From: an uncultured Actinomycetes bacterium
Lineage (GTDB): Bacteria; Actinomycetota; Thermoleophilia; UBA2241
Length of the DNA stretch: 64,000 nucleotides
Assembly: GCA_963755025.1 (NCBI GenBank)
Contig: CAVWIH010000014.1
Location: 1-64,000 of the forward strand
Reading direction: 5' to 3'
Below the pieces are notes generated by a model. The model was not told the origin of the DNA. It did no database searches and saw nothing but the letters and a program-made list of their open reading frames with translations. Of the stretch, positions 52,601 to 64,000 are shown one piece after another. Each line of letters starts with the position of its first letter. The stretch's first letter is position 1. Both the position numbers and the translations under genes were made by a program.

Positions 52601-54107
52601 CCAGCACGGCCGGCAGGGTCTCGAGCAGCAGCTTGATGTCCCAGGACAGCGTCCAGCCCGTCACGTACATGTAGTCGAGCTTGACCATCTCGTCGAAGGG
52701 CACGTCGTTGCGTCCGGTGACCTGCCACAGGCCGGTGATGCCGGGGGTGATATCGAGGCGTTTCTTGGTCCAGCCGCGGCAGCGGCTGGCTTCGTCGACC
52801 CAGAGCGGCCGCGGCCCGACCAGGCTCATGTCGCCGCGCATCACGTTGAGGAGCTGGGGTACTTCGTCGAGGCTCCACTTGCGGATCACCGCTCCCACGC
52901 GCGTGATACGGGGGTCGCCCTTGATCTTGAACATGGGGCCCGAGTACTCGTTGAGCTCGGCCAAGTCGTAGCGCAGCTCCTCGGCGTTGGCGTGCATCGA
53001 GCGCAGCTTGAAGATGCGGAACGGCACGCCGCCGCGGCCCATGCGCTCCTGCCTGAAGAACACCGGCCCGCGCGAGTCGAGCTTGATGGCGAGGGCCAGC
53101 AGGCCGATCAGCGGCAGGGCGACGATCGTGAGCACGCCGCCGACCACAAGGTCGAAGACGCGCTTGACGATGGTGTTGAAGCGCGACATCTCGACGTGGG
53201 CCACGTCGAGCAGTGGGATGCCCTCGACGTCGTCCATGGCGGTCTGCGAGCTTAAGATCTCGAACAGGCGAGGCACGATGTTGACGCGCACGCCGCGGTC
53301 GGCGCAGGTGCGCACCACGTCGAGGATCTGCTGGTGGCGAGCGCGCGAGAAGGCGATGATGACCCGGGTGACGTCGTAGCCGTCGAGCACGTCGTTCAAG
53401 TCCTCGAGGCGCCCCACGACCGGCACGGGCGGCTGGCTCGCCCCGAAGGGCTCGCCGTCGTCTAAGTAGCCGACCAGCTTGAGGTTGTACTCGGGGTGCT
53501 TGCCGATCTTCTCGCCGAGCAGGTGACCCACGGCCCCCGCTCCCACGATCAGCGTGCGCTCCGACAGTCGCGGAGACTGCCAGATGGCGGCGCGCGCGGC
53601 CGCGCGGCACGACGGCACCGCGACCACCTCGCAGGCCCAGAAGACCGCGATGAAGCCCAATGAGTCGGTCGTGCCCGCGACCGCCAGCGTGAGGATGAGC
53701 ATGCTCCAGGCGGCCACCGAGAGCGCCGTCAGGCCGCGCAGGCCCTCGGAGACGACCCAGCCGTTGATGCTGCGTGCCGAGCTGCGGTAGAGCCCGTACC
53801 CGTAGAGCACGAAGATCGTCCAGGGGATCATGAGGCTCTCTACGGCGAGCGGCGGACGGACCTCGGCGTACTCGGCGAGCGAGCGCCCGACGACCGGCAG
53901 GTGCCAGCCGACGGGCAGGAGCAGCAGGGCGATCAGCGTGACGATGGCCAGCGCGATCACGTCGCCGATCAAGGTGACCAGCACGCGCCGGCCGCCGATG
54001 CCGCGCGCGGGGGCGACCTCGGCCTCGTCGAGTCCCAGTTCCGCCACCGCCGTCGCAGGCCGCGGCTTGGTCACGTAGGTCTTCTTCTTGACGATACCGT
54101 CGCTCAC
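52581..54107 (-). CDS. Priming polyprenyl-phosphate glycosylphosphotransferase (WcaJ/CpsE-like)
   Basis: KRVFD, FFRQERMG, FKLRSM, DPRITRVG, SLDEVPQL, GDMSLVGPRP, PGITGLWQV. Confidence 0.95.
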   Translation of the reverse strand: MSDGIVKKKTYVTKPRPATAVAELGLDEAEVAPARGIGGRRVLVTLIGDVIALAIVTLIALLLLPVGWHLPVVGRSLAEYAEVRPPLAVESLMIPWTIFVLYGYGLYRSSARSINGWVVSEGLRGLTALSVAAWSMLILTLAVAGTTDSLGFIAVFWACEVVAVPSCRAAARAAIWQSPRLSERTLIVGAGAVGHLLGEKIGKHPEYNLKLVGYLDDGEPFGASQPPVPVVGRLEDLNDVLDGYDVTRVIIAFSRARHQQILDVVRTCADRGVRVNIVPRLFEILSSQTAMDDVEGIPLLDVAHVEMSRFNTIVKRVFDLVVGGVLTIVALPLIGLLALAIKLDSRGPVFFRQERMGRGGVPFRIFKLRSMHANAEELRYDLAELNEYSGPMFKIKGDPRITRVGAVIRKWSLDEVPQLLNVMRGDMSLVGPRPLWVDEASRCRGWTKKRLDITPGITGLWQVTGRNDVPFDEMVKLDYMYVTGWTLSWDIKLLLETLPAVLGKRGAY

Positions 54108-54243
54108 GTGATCGGTGCTCTCTCCCCGGATCTGCTTAAGGCCACGGCCCACCGGCCCTGACTACCCTTCCCCCGAGCGCCCGGCTCGGGGCCGTTGCGC
54201 ACCGCCCGGCGCTCGGATTTTCTCGGCCCACGCTCCCCCTTGT

Positions 54244-54272
54244 TCATCGGTGTGCAGGCCGCGCCACTTGAG
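54244..54272 (-). promoter_or_regulatory. Sigma28/WhiG-like promoter upstream of the priming glycosyltransferase
   Basis: CTCAA-N16-ACCGATGA. Confidence 0.55.
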
Positions 54273-54342
54273 GCGGGCCGACGTTGCCGGCACGGCCGCG
54301 GCGTCCGCGCCGGCCGGGGCCCCGGGGCGATGGGGCCGGTTG

Positions 54343-55116
54343 TCAGCAGCGCCGTTCGAGGCGCTCTATGGCGGTCGCCCTGCCACCCTCGGCGGTCACG
54401 ATCACGGCGTCTAAGCGCACGTCGCCGTCGGCCACCTCGAACTGCGCGGGCAGCTCGGTCAGGAAGCGTCGCAAGATGATCTCGCTGCGCACGCCGATCA
54501 CAGAGTCGCGGGGGCCGCACATGCCGACGTCGGTGATGGCGGCGGTGCCTTTGGCGCTGACGCGTTCGTCGGCGGTCTGCACGTGCGTGTGGGTGCCGAT
54601 CACGGCCGTCACGCGGCCGTCGAGGTACTGCGACATGGCGATCTTCTCGCTGGTCGCCTCGGCGTGGAGGTCGACGACGATGGTCTCGGCCAGCGTCTGG
54701 GCTTCGTCGACCAGGGCGTCGACTATGCGGAACGGCGAGATGCCGGTGCCCATGAAGACCTGGCCCATGAGGTTGATGACCGCGACCTCGACGCCGCCCG
54801 CGGCGGTGCGCACGGTCAGGCCGCGTCCGGGGCTCGACGGCGGAAAGTTGGCGGGCCGCACGATGCGCGCGCTGGAATCGAGGAACGGATAGACCTCGCG
54901 CTGGCGCCACACGTGGTTGCCGGTGGTGATGATGTCGACACCGGCGGTGAGCAGCTTCTGGGCGAGCTTCGAGGTGATGCCCGCGCCGTTGGCGATGTTC
55001 TCGCCGTTGGCTATGACGAAATCGGCGGCGGTGTCGTCGATCAGTTCGGGGAGCTCGCGTACGACGGCGTCGCGCCCGGGCTGACCGAAGACGTCGCCCA
55101 AAAACAGGATGTTCAC
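54343..55116 (-). CDS. ymdB: YmdB/TIGR00282 family metallophosphoesterase
   Basis: LFLGDVFGQPGR, ANGEN, TTGNH, RPANF, DLHAEATSEK, GTHTHVQTADE, TDVGMCG. Confidence 0.93.
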   Translation of the reverse strand: MNILFLGDVFGQPGRDAVVRELPELIDDTAADFVIANGENIANGAGITSKLAQKLLTAGVDIITTGNHVWRQREVYPFLDSSARIVRPANFPPSSPGRGLTVRTAAGGVEVAVINLMGQVFMGTGISPFRIVDALVDEAQTLAETIVVDLHAEATSEKIAMSQYLDGRVTAVIGTHTHVQTADERVSAKGTAAITDVGMCGPRDSVIGVRSEIILRRFLTELPAQFEVADGDVRLDAVIVTAEGGRATAIERLERRC

Positions 55117-55216
55117 GCTCTGCCCTCCACTCCGCGCCCGCCCGGTCAGTGGTACTAAGTGTACCCCGCCGTCAACGACTTCGGCGGGCGGCGCAGGGCG
55201 AGTTGGTACAGGAGGG

Positions 55217-56751
55217 TCAGGCCTTGAGGAACACGCGCACGGCGCCCTCGGCGGCGGCGATGACGGGCGCCGGATAGAGGCCCACGGCCAGCACGCCCAA
55301 CACGGCGACCACGGTGCTGGCCGTGATGCCGGCCCGCACGCCGAGCAGCTCGGGCAGCTCCGCGGCGGCGGCCGGCTCTTCGGCCTCGCGGAAGTAGAGG
55401 TACCACACGACCCGCAGGTAGTAGAAGGCCGACACCGCGCTCATGATCACGGCGACCACGGCCAGCCAGGTCATGTGGGCGGCGACCACCGCGGTGAAGA
55501 TGAAGAACTTGCCCCAGAAGCCCGCGAGCGGCGGGATGCCGGTGAGCGAGAGCATGAAGACCAGCATGGCGAGGGACGTGAGCGGCATGGTGCGCCCGAG
55601 TCCGGCGAGCTCGTCGAGGGTGTAGCGGAACGGCCGGCGGTTGCGGATGAGCACGAGCACGCCGAAGGCGCCGAGGTTCATGAAGGTGTAGGCGGCCAGG
55701 TAGAAGAGGATGGCGCTGGCCCCGGCGGGGTCGCCGCTGCGTCCGACGGCGATCAGGCCGAGCAGCAGGTAGCCGGCGTGGGCGATGCTCGAGTAGGCCA
55801 GCATGCGCTTGAGGTTGCGCTGCGGCAGGGCGAGCACGTTGCCCACGATCATGGTGGCCACGGCGAGCACGATCAGCACGTCCGACCAGCCCTGGGCGGC
55901 CGGCAGCAGAGCCGGACCGACGAGGCGCAGGAACCCGGCGAAGGCCCCCGCCTTGATGCCCACCGACATGAAGGCGGTGACCGGCGTGGGGGCGCCTTCG
56001 TAGACATCGGGCGCCCAGCCGTGGAAGGGCACCGCGGCGATCTTGAAGCCGAAGCCGGTCGCGACCAGCACCAGGGCGACCAGCAGCATGGCGTTGCGCG
56101 GGTCGGTATGAGAGAGGGCGGCGCGGATGGCGACCGTAGCCCGTCTGCCCGGTGACGCCGTAGACGAGCGCCAGGCCGAAGGCCAGCACCGCCGACGAGA
56201 AGGCGCCGTTGATGAAGTACTTGATGGCGGCCTCGCCCGAGCGGCGGTCGGAGCGCAGCACGCCGGCCAGCACGTAGCTGGGCAGCGACATGAGCTCGAA
56301 CGAGACGAGCAGGGCGATCAGGTCGGTGGAGACCGCCATGCCGATCATGCCGGCGAGGATGAGCAGCAGCAGCGCGTAGAACTCGCCGGGCTTGATGTCG
56401 TGTTGCGCGAGGTAGTCGTCGGACAGCAGGATGGTGAGCACACCGATGGCGCAGAACAGGACCGTGAAGAACAGGCCGTACCGGTCGAGGCGCACCATGC
56501 CGCTGAAGCCGTACTCCGGCCTGCGGGCGTTCATGACGAGGCCGCCCGTGAACACGCGCCAGAGCGCGCCGCCGCCCTGCCAGGTCGTCCACTGGGCGAC
56601 CGCCACCGCGGCGGCCACCACGAGGCCGGTCGCCGCGACCCACGCCGGCACGAGCCGGCGACCGCCGGCGAAGGCGTCGACGAACAGCACGACGAGGGCC
56701 GTCGCCAGCACGATGGCACGGGGGCAGCACGACGATGATCGAATCGTTCAT
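55217..56751 (-). CDS. nuoN: NADH-quinone oxidoreductase subunit N (frameshifts near 56115 and 56715)
   Basis: ELMSLPSY, EAAIKYF, GFKIAAVPFHGWAPDVYEGAP, KRMLAYSSIAH, SLTGIPP. Confidence 0.9.
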
Positions 56752-58343
<1,592 letters not shown>

Positions 58344-60241
58344 TTATGCCCCCCAGAAGTACCGGATGAGGATGACGAGCACGAACAGGCCGCCGAACAC
58401 GCCGAAGGCGTAGCTCTGGGCGCGTCCGGTCTGCAGCGGCCGCAGGGCGCGCCCGCAGCGCGCCCCACGCCCAGGCGAGGCCGTTGACGGCGCCGTCGAT
58501 GACCTTGACGTCGACGAAGGTCCACAGCCAGGTGGCGAAGCCCATGACCGGACGGATCACGGCGCCCTCGTAGAACTCGTCCATGTAGAACTTGCGGTAG
58601 GAGGCCTGATAGGCCCAGGGCACGAGCGCCACGACGCGCGCCGGCAGGCCGGGGCGCCGCAGGTAGGCCACGTAGGCGGTGTAGATGCCCGCCACCACCA
58701 CGGCCAGTGAGAGCAGCAGCAGGCCGCCGCCGGTGCCGGCCCAGACGAAGTGCTCCTTTTCGACGTTGAAGAACACGGGCTGCAGGAAGGTGTGCAGCCA
58801 GCCGCCGTCGGGCGGCAGGCCGACGACCAGGCCGAGCACGGCCGCCGGGCACCGCGAGAATGACGAGCGGCCAGGTCATGACGCGCGGCGACTCGTGGAT
58901 GTGGCTCTGCACGTCGGGCGCCGAGCGGTTCTCGCCCCAGAAGGTCAGGAAGATGAGGCGGAACATGAACAGGGCGGTGACGAAGGCGGTGACCAGGCCG
59001 ATGACCCAGACAAAGTAGTAGTGGGCGCTGAAATCGCCGCCCAGGATCTCGTCTTTGGCCCAGAAGCCGGCGAAGGGGAACAACCCCACGTTGGCCAGGG
59101 CGCCGATCATCATGGCCCAGAAGGTGATGGGCAGCTTTTTGCGCAGGCCCCCCATGCGGCGCATGTCCTGCTCGCCCGACATGGAGTGGATCACCGAGCC
59201 CGAGCCCAGGAACAGCAGCCCCTTGAAGAAGCCGTGGGCGAACAGGTAGAAGATGGCCGCCACCCAGGCGCCCGCGCCCAGGGCCATGAACATGAAGCCC
59301 AGCGACGAGATGGTGGAGTAGGCGATCACCTTCTTGATGTCGTTCTGGGTGAGCGCGATGGCGGCCGCGTAGATGGCCGTGAAGGTGCCCACGATCATCA
59401 CCACCAGCATGGCCGTGTGCGACTGGCTCACGAGCGGGTAGCTGCGGGCGATCATGTAGACGCCGGCGTTGACCATGGTGGCGGCGTGGATGAGGGCGCT
59501 GACCGGGGTCGGGCCCTCCATGGCGTCGGGCAGCCAGACGTGCAGCGGGAACTGGGCGCTCTTGCCCACCGCTCCCACGAACAGCAGCAGGGCGATCCAG
59601 GTGATGACGCCGTGGCTCACGTGCGGCGCGCGGGCGAAGACCTGGCCGAACTGCAGCGAGCCGAACGTGGTGAAGATGAGGAACAGGCCCAGCGTGAAGC
59701 CCCAGTCGCCCACGCGGTTCACGAGGAAGGCCTTCTTGCCCGCCTGCGACGCCGACTTCTTGTGGAACCAGAACGAGATCAGCAGGTACGAGCACAGGCC
59801 CACGCCCTCCCAGCCGAGGAAGACGAGCAGGTAGTTGTTGGCCAGGATGAGGGTGAACATGGCGAACATGAAGAGGTTGAGGTAGGCGAAGAAGCGGTAG
59901 TAGCCGCCGTCGCCGCGCATGTAGCCGATCGAGTAGTAATGCACGAGCATGCCGATGGTGCTCACCACGATCAGCATGATGGCCGCCAGCGAGTCGACGA
60001 GGTAGCCCCACTGCACGCGGAACGTACCGGCCGACACCCAGGTGAACAGGTTGAAGTCGATGGCCTTGGTGTGGTGACCCAGGACGTGCGCCACGACGAT
60101 CATGGAGAGCACCCACGAGGCGGTGACCGCGATGAGCGAGACGACCTCGGGCCGCCGCTTGAGCACGTTCTTGCCGAGCAGGAGCGTGACCAGGAAGCCG
60201 GCCAGCGGCACCAGGGGGATGAGGGTGATCATGACATGCAT
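58344..60241 (-). CDS. nuoL: NADH-quinone oxidoreductase subunit L (frameshifts near 58455 and 58845)
   Basis: GWEGVGLCSYLLI, NRVGD, GKSAQFPLHVWLPDAMEGPTPVSALIH, HGFFKG, HESP, DVKVIDGAVN. Confidence 0.92.
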
Positions 60242-60251
60242 GCGCGCCGCC

Positions 60252-60560
60252 CTAGCCCTTCAGCTCGCTGAACTCGTCGGCCTGGACCGAACGCCGGTTG
60301 CGATAGTTGGCCACGATGATGGCCAGGCCTATGGTGACCTCGGCCGCGGCCAGCGTGACGATGAAGAGCACGAAGAAGGTACCGCGGGCGCCGGCGTGCG
60401 GCATGAAGTTGGCAAAGGCCGCCAGAGCGATGTTGACCGCGTTCAGCATGAGCTCGAGGCTCATGACGATGAGCAGCACGTTGCGCCGCGCGAGCACGCC
60501 GTAGGCGCCTATGCAGAACAGGCCGGTGGCGAGCGTGAGATACCAGTCGACGGGGCTCAT
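60252..60560 (-). CDS. nuoK: NADH-quinone oxidoreductase subunit K
   Basis: RRNVLLIVMSLELMLNA, AAAEVTIGLAI, LKG end. Confidence 0.95.
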   Translation of the reverse strand: MSPVDWYLTLATGLFCIGAYGVLARRNVLLIVMSLELMLNAVNIALAAFANFMPHAGARGTFFVLFIVTLAAAEVTIGLAIIVANYRNRRSVQADEFSELKG

Positions 60561-61069
60561 GGCAGTCGGTCCTCTTTGCGGGCCAGCACGATGGCGCCGA
60601 TCATGGCCGCCAGCAGCACGAACGACACGAGCTCAAAGGGGAACACGTAGCCGTTGAACAGCCCGCTGGCGATGCCGGAGAGCGAGATGTTGTGCGACGT
60701 CGAGCCGTTGGGGGCCATCTTCGAGGTCACCAGGATGACGGTGATCACGACGGCCGTGGCGACCGCCAGCGGCGCGGCGAAGATGGCCTGGCGGTTGAAG
60801 AAGAAGCCGAGCTTGGTCTCGCGCTGGTCGGTCATCATGATGGCGAACAGCACGACCACCGAGATGGCGCCCACGTAGACCAGGATCTGGATGATCGCCA
60901 GCAGGCCGGCGTTCAGCAGCACGTAGGCCGCCGCCACACCCAGAAAGCAGAGGACCATGGACATGGCCGAGTGCACGACGTTGCGGAAGGCCACGACGCC
61001 GAGGCCGCAGACCAGCACCCAGACGGCCACGATGACGAACAGGACCGGATGAAAGTCGCCGTGGGGCAT
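60557..61069 (-). CDS. nuoJ: NADH-quinone oxidoreductase subunit J
   Basis: NVVHSA, QILVYVGAISVVVLFAIM, YVFPFELVSFVLLAAMIGAIVLA. Confidence 0.93.
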   Translation of the reverse strand: MPHGDFHPVLFVIVAVWVLVCGLGVVAFRNVVHSAMSMVLCFLGVAAAYVLLNAGLLAIIQILVYVGAISVVVLFAIMMTDQRETKLGFFFNRQAIFAAPLAVATAVVITVILVTSKMAPNGSTSHNISLSGIASGLFNGYVFPFELVSFVLLAAMIGAIVLARKEDRLP

Positions 61070-63555
61070 CAGTCGCCGCGCTCCATCTCGTCGAGGTCGA
61101 GGCCGTCGCCCTTGACCGGCGTCCACTGCCAGCCGTTGCCTTCGACGGCGTCGCGCACGCGCGGGTCGACGTCGGGCACGGCCGACTCGGCCAGCGCGGC
61201 CGGCCTGGCGGCGCGCACGTAGAGCGACTCCCCGGCGAGCTGGGTACGGCTGGTGCCGGCCAGCTCGAAGAAGTCGGTCTGCTCGAGGGCGCCGTAGGGG
61301 CAGACCTCGACGCATTCGCCACAGAAGATGCAGCGGCTCTCGTCTAAGTCGTAGCTCTGCAGGGCGCGCTGGTTGACCTGGATGGACCCGGTCGGGCAGG
61401 TCTCGGCGCAGCGCCCGCACGAGACGCAGCCCACGGTCTGCAACGGCAGGTTGTCGGGCGTCGAGACGATCGTGTCCCAGCCGCGGCCGATGGCGTCGTA
61501 GCAGCTCGCCCCGACCTCCATGCGGCAGACCCGCACGCAGCGCAGGCACATGATGCAGCGGTTGGGCTCGCGCATGATGAAGTCGTGACGAAAGTCGGCC
61601 GGGTAGTCGTGGGAGGCCTGCCCGTGGAACCTGTTGGCGAAGACCTCGTACTCGATGCCGTAGCGCTGCAGGTCGCAGCTGCCGTTGGCCGGGCAGTGGC
61701 AGTCGAGGCAGAGCTCGGCGCCGAGGCGCGCCTGGGCTTCGGTGAGACCCAGGTCGACCTCGTCGAAGGTCGTCGTGCGGGCGCCCAGCGCCAGCGTGGC
61801 CGTCTCGACCGGCGGCGCGGGGTGCGAGACGTCGGTGGTCATGTCGATGAACACCGGCGGTATCTCGGCCATGCGCACGACGGTGGGGTCGAGCTCGCGC
61901 CGCGCTCCGAGGGCGGCCACGAACGGCTTGGCCTGCAGCTCGGCGAGGGCGCGCGCCACCTCGCGCATGTCGAGCCCACGCAGGAACGCATCGATGCTCC
62001 AGGCGGCCTTCTTGCCCTGAGCGACGGCTTCGACCACGGTGCGCGCGCCCAGCACGACGTCGCCGCCGGCGAAGATGCGCGGGTCGTCGGTCTGGAGCGT
62101 GAGCCCGTCGACCTCGATGGTGCGGGCGGCCGTGCGCTTGACGCCCTGCTCTTCGCTCGTGCCGTCGAGCTTTGGGAAGAGCTCGGTGGCGTAAATCAGC
62201 TGGTCGCAGGCGACGACCGACGTAGGACCGGCGGGCGTGGGCTGGTAGCGGCCCTCGGCGTCGGGCGCGCCCGCGTCGGTGGGCTGCACCTCGATGCCGG
62301 TTAGCTTGTGGCCCGAGTCGGTGACGACGCGCACCGGGGCGACGAGCGAGCGCACGTGCACGCCCTCTTCTTCGGCCGCGGCGACCTCGGCCGCGGGGGC
62401 CGCCATCGCCTGACGGGGCTCGTGGCACAGCAGCGTGACCTCGCGGGCGCCCTTGCGGACCGCTATGCGACAGGCCTCGACGGCGGCGAAGCCGTCGCCG
62501 ACGACGGCCACCCTGTCGCCGACGCTGACGTCGCCGGCAAGTTCGACGTCGCCGACGAAGTCGAGCGCGGCGACCACGCCCGCGGCGTCGTCGCCGGCGA
62601 TGCCGAGGGCGGCGGAATCGAGCGCACCGAGGCCCAGGAAGACGGCGTCGTACTCAACGGTCAGGTCGTCGAGCTGGTAGTCGACGCCGAGGCGCGTGTC
62701 GCACTCGAGCTCGACCCCCATGCGCCACAGGACGTTGAGCTCCTTGTCGAGCACGGTGCGCGGCAGGCGGAAGTTGGGGATGGCGTAGCGCAGCATGCCG
62801 CCGGGCTTGGGCAGCGCCTCGAAGACCTTGACCCGATGGCCCTCGAGACGGGCGTAGAAGGCGCACGCGAGGCCGGCCGGACCGGCGCCGACGACGGCGA
62901 TCTTCTTGCCGCTGTCGGGCTTGGGCTCGACGGGCAGCAGCAGCTCGCCGGCCTGCTCGTCGTCGAGGCACTGGTCGGCCATGAAGCGGTGCAGCCGGCA
63001 GATCGTGATCGGCTGGTCGACGAGCTGGCGCCGGCAGGGCTCTTCGCACGGGTGCGTGCAGACGCGGCCGAGGATGGCCGGGAACGGCAGGTCCTCGCGC
63101 AGCTTGCGCACGCCCGACCGGTAGTCGCCGCGCGCGATGGCGTCGAGGAACTGCGGGATCTTGATATGCGTCGGGCAGGCGTCGCGGCAGGGCGGCGTGC
63201 AGAAGGAGTTGTGGTCGGACAGCAGCAGCTCGAGGTAGAGGCGCCGCATCTTGCGCACCTTCTCGGTGTCGGTGTGCACGACGATGCCGTCGGCGGCAGC
63301 CGTCGAGCAACTCGACACGGGCTTGCCCCAGCCCTCGACCTCGACCATGCACAGGCGGCAGGCCGCCGACGCCGGCAGCCGGGATTCGTAGCAGAGGGTG
63401 GGGATGTGGATGCCGACGCGCTCGGCCGCCTGCAGTATGGTCTCGCCGCGATCGCAGGTCACGTCGCGACCGTCGATGGTCAGCGCGATCTGCGAGGCGC
63501 GCACCGCGGGATGTGATGCGGCTGTAGCTTCGGGCTTGTCGTTGCGCGGCGTCAT
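61069..63555 (-). CDS. Fusion: NuoG/HydA-type [2Fe-2S] domain + GltD/SfrB-like FAD oxidoreductase + ferredoxin motifs + NuoI-like C-terminus
   Basis: IPTLCY..CRLCMVE..SC; CTPPCRDACP, GRVCTHPCEEPC; VGAGPAG; IFAGGD; CLDCHC..C; CIMCLRCVRVC; CVSCGRCAETCP; YDLDESRCIFCGECVEVCPYGALEQTDFFELA. Confidence 0.85.
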   Translation of the reverse strand: MTPRNDKPEATAASHPAVRASQIALTIDGRDVTCDRGETILQAAERVGIHIPTLCYESRLPASAACRLCMVEVEGWGKPVSSCSTAAADGIVVHTDTEKVRKMRRLYLELLLSDHNSFCTPPCRDACPTHIKIPQFLDAIARGDYRSGVRKLREDLPFPAILGRVCTHPCEEPCRRQLVDQPITICRLHRFMADQCLDDEQAGELLLPVEPKPDSGKKIAVVGAGPAGLACAFYARLEGHRVKVFEALPKPGGMLRYAIPNFRLPRTVLDKELNVLWRMGVELECDTRLGVDYQLDDLTVEYDAVFLGLGALDSAALGIAGDDAAGVVAALDFVGDVELAGDVSVGDRVAVVGDGFAAVEACRIAVRKGAREVTLLCHEPRQAMAAPAAEVAAAEEEGVHVRSLVAPVRVVTDSGHKLTGIEVQPTDAGAPDAEGRYQPTPAGPTSVVACDQLIYATELFPKLDGTSEEQGVKRTAARTIEVDGLTLQTDDPRIFAGGDVVLGARTVVEAVAQGKKAAWSIDAFLRGLDMREVARALAELQAKPFVAALGARRELDPTVVRMAEIPPVFIDMTTDVSHPAPPVETATLALGARTTTFDEVDLGLTEAQARLGAELCLDCHCPANGSCDLQRYGIEYEVFANRFHGQASHDYPADFRHDFIMREPNRCIMCLRCVRVCRMEVGASCYDAIGRGWDTIVSTPDNLPLQTVGCVSCGRCAETCPTGSIQVNQRALQSYDLDESRCIFCGECVEVCPYGALEQTDFFELAGTSRTQLAGESLYVRAARPAALAESAVPDVDPRVRDAVEGNGWQWTPVKGDGLDLDEMERGD

Positions 63556-64000
63556 GCGCCCTGCCGCCCTTCGTCGGCCTGGTCGGACCGTTCGACTCCG
63601 GAGCGCACCTTGACCGCGGCGAAGTTGCAGACCTGCCGACAGGTGTCGCACTTGATGCACAGGTCCTCGTCGATCACGTGGATCTGCTTCTTCTCGCCGG
63701 TGATGGCTTTGGTGGGGCACTTCTTGGCGCAAAGGCCGCAGCCCGTGCAGTCGCCGCCGATGTAGTAGGTGATGAGCGCCTTGCAGCGGCCGGCGGGGCA
63801 GCACTTATCGTGGATGTGCGCCTCGTATTCGTGGCGAAAGTACTGGAGCGTGCTCAGCACGGGGTTCGGAGCACTGCCGCCGAGGGCGCACAGCGAGCCG
63901 TCGATGATGTACTCCGAGAGCTCCTCGAGCAAGGCGATGTCGCCGGGACGCCCCTCGCCATCGGTGATGCGCACGAGCGTCTCGAGCATACGTTTGGTGC
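63552..64000 (-). CDS. C-terminal part of a NuoF/HydB-type flavoprotein with a 2x[4Fe-4S] extension (5' end outside window)
   Basis: SLCALGGSAPNPVLSTL, EYEAHIHDKCCPAGRC, CTGCGLCAKKCP, CIKCDTCRQVC. Confidence 0.88.
   Translation of the reverse strand, partial: TKRMLETLVRITDGEGRPGDIALLEELSEYIIDGSLCALGGSAPNPVLSTLQYFRHEYEAHIHDKCCPAGRCKALITYYIGGDCTGCGLCAKKCPTKAITGEKKQIHVIDEDLCIKCDTCRQVCNFAAVKVRSGVERSDQADEGRQGA

Overview
Very GC-rich (roughly 70% by eye) bacterial chromosome segment, probably from a deep-branching, possibly anaerobic Actinomycetota (Thermoleophilia-like; this is an inference). It has three parts. (1) 0.6-12 kb is housekeeping: tRNA-Arg(CCT), a DUF5679 small protein, glnA, nadE-ask-asd-trxB-trxA, a tautomerase, a methyltransferase and a type-2 ileS with a GAHH signature. 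(2) 12-54 kb is a ~42 kb surface-polysaccharide locus: priming glycosyltransferase, Wzc-like kinase, Wzy-like polymerase, Wzm/Wzt ABC exporter, gmd/fcl and about ten glycosyltransferases. It also carries an unusual set of amide- and acyl-forming enzymes (an RraA/2x ATP-grasp/DUF1932 operon, two AsnB-like proteins, FemAB-like, GT2-GNAT fusion) and three paralogous extracytoplasmic beta-helix proteins. Its three assembly operons share a sigma28/WhiG-like promoter motif. (3) 54-64 kb holds ymdB and the distal half of an atypical complex I operon, in which nuoJKLMN follow a HydB-type (bifurcating-like) NuoF and a NuoG/GltD/NuoI-like fusion. About 17 single-base frameshifts, including in essential genes, suggest long-read indel errors rather than real pseudogenes. 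All calls are from motif reading; no database search was run.
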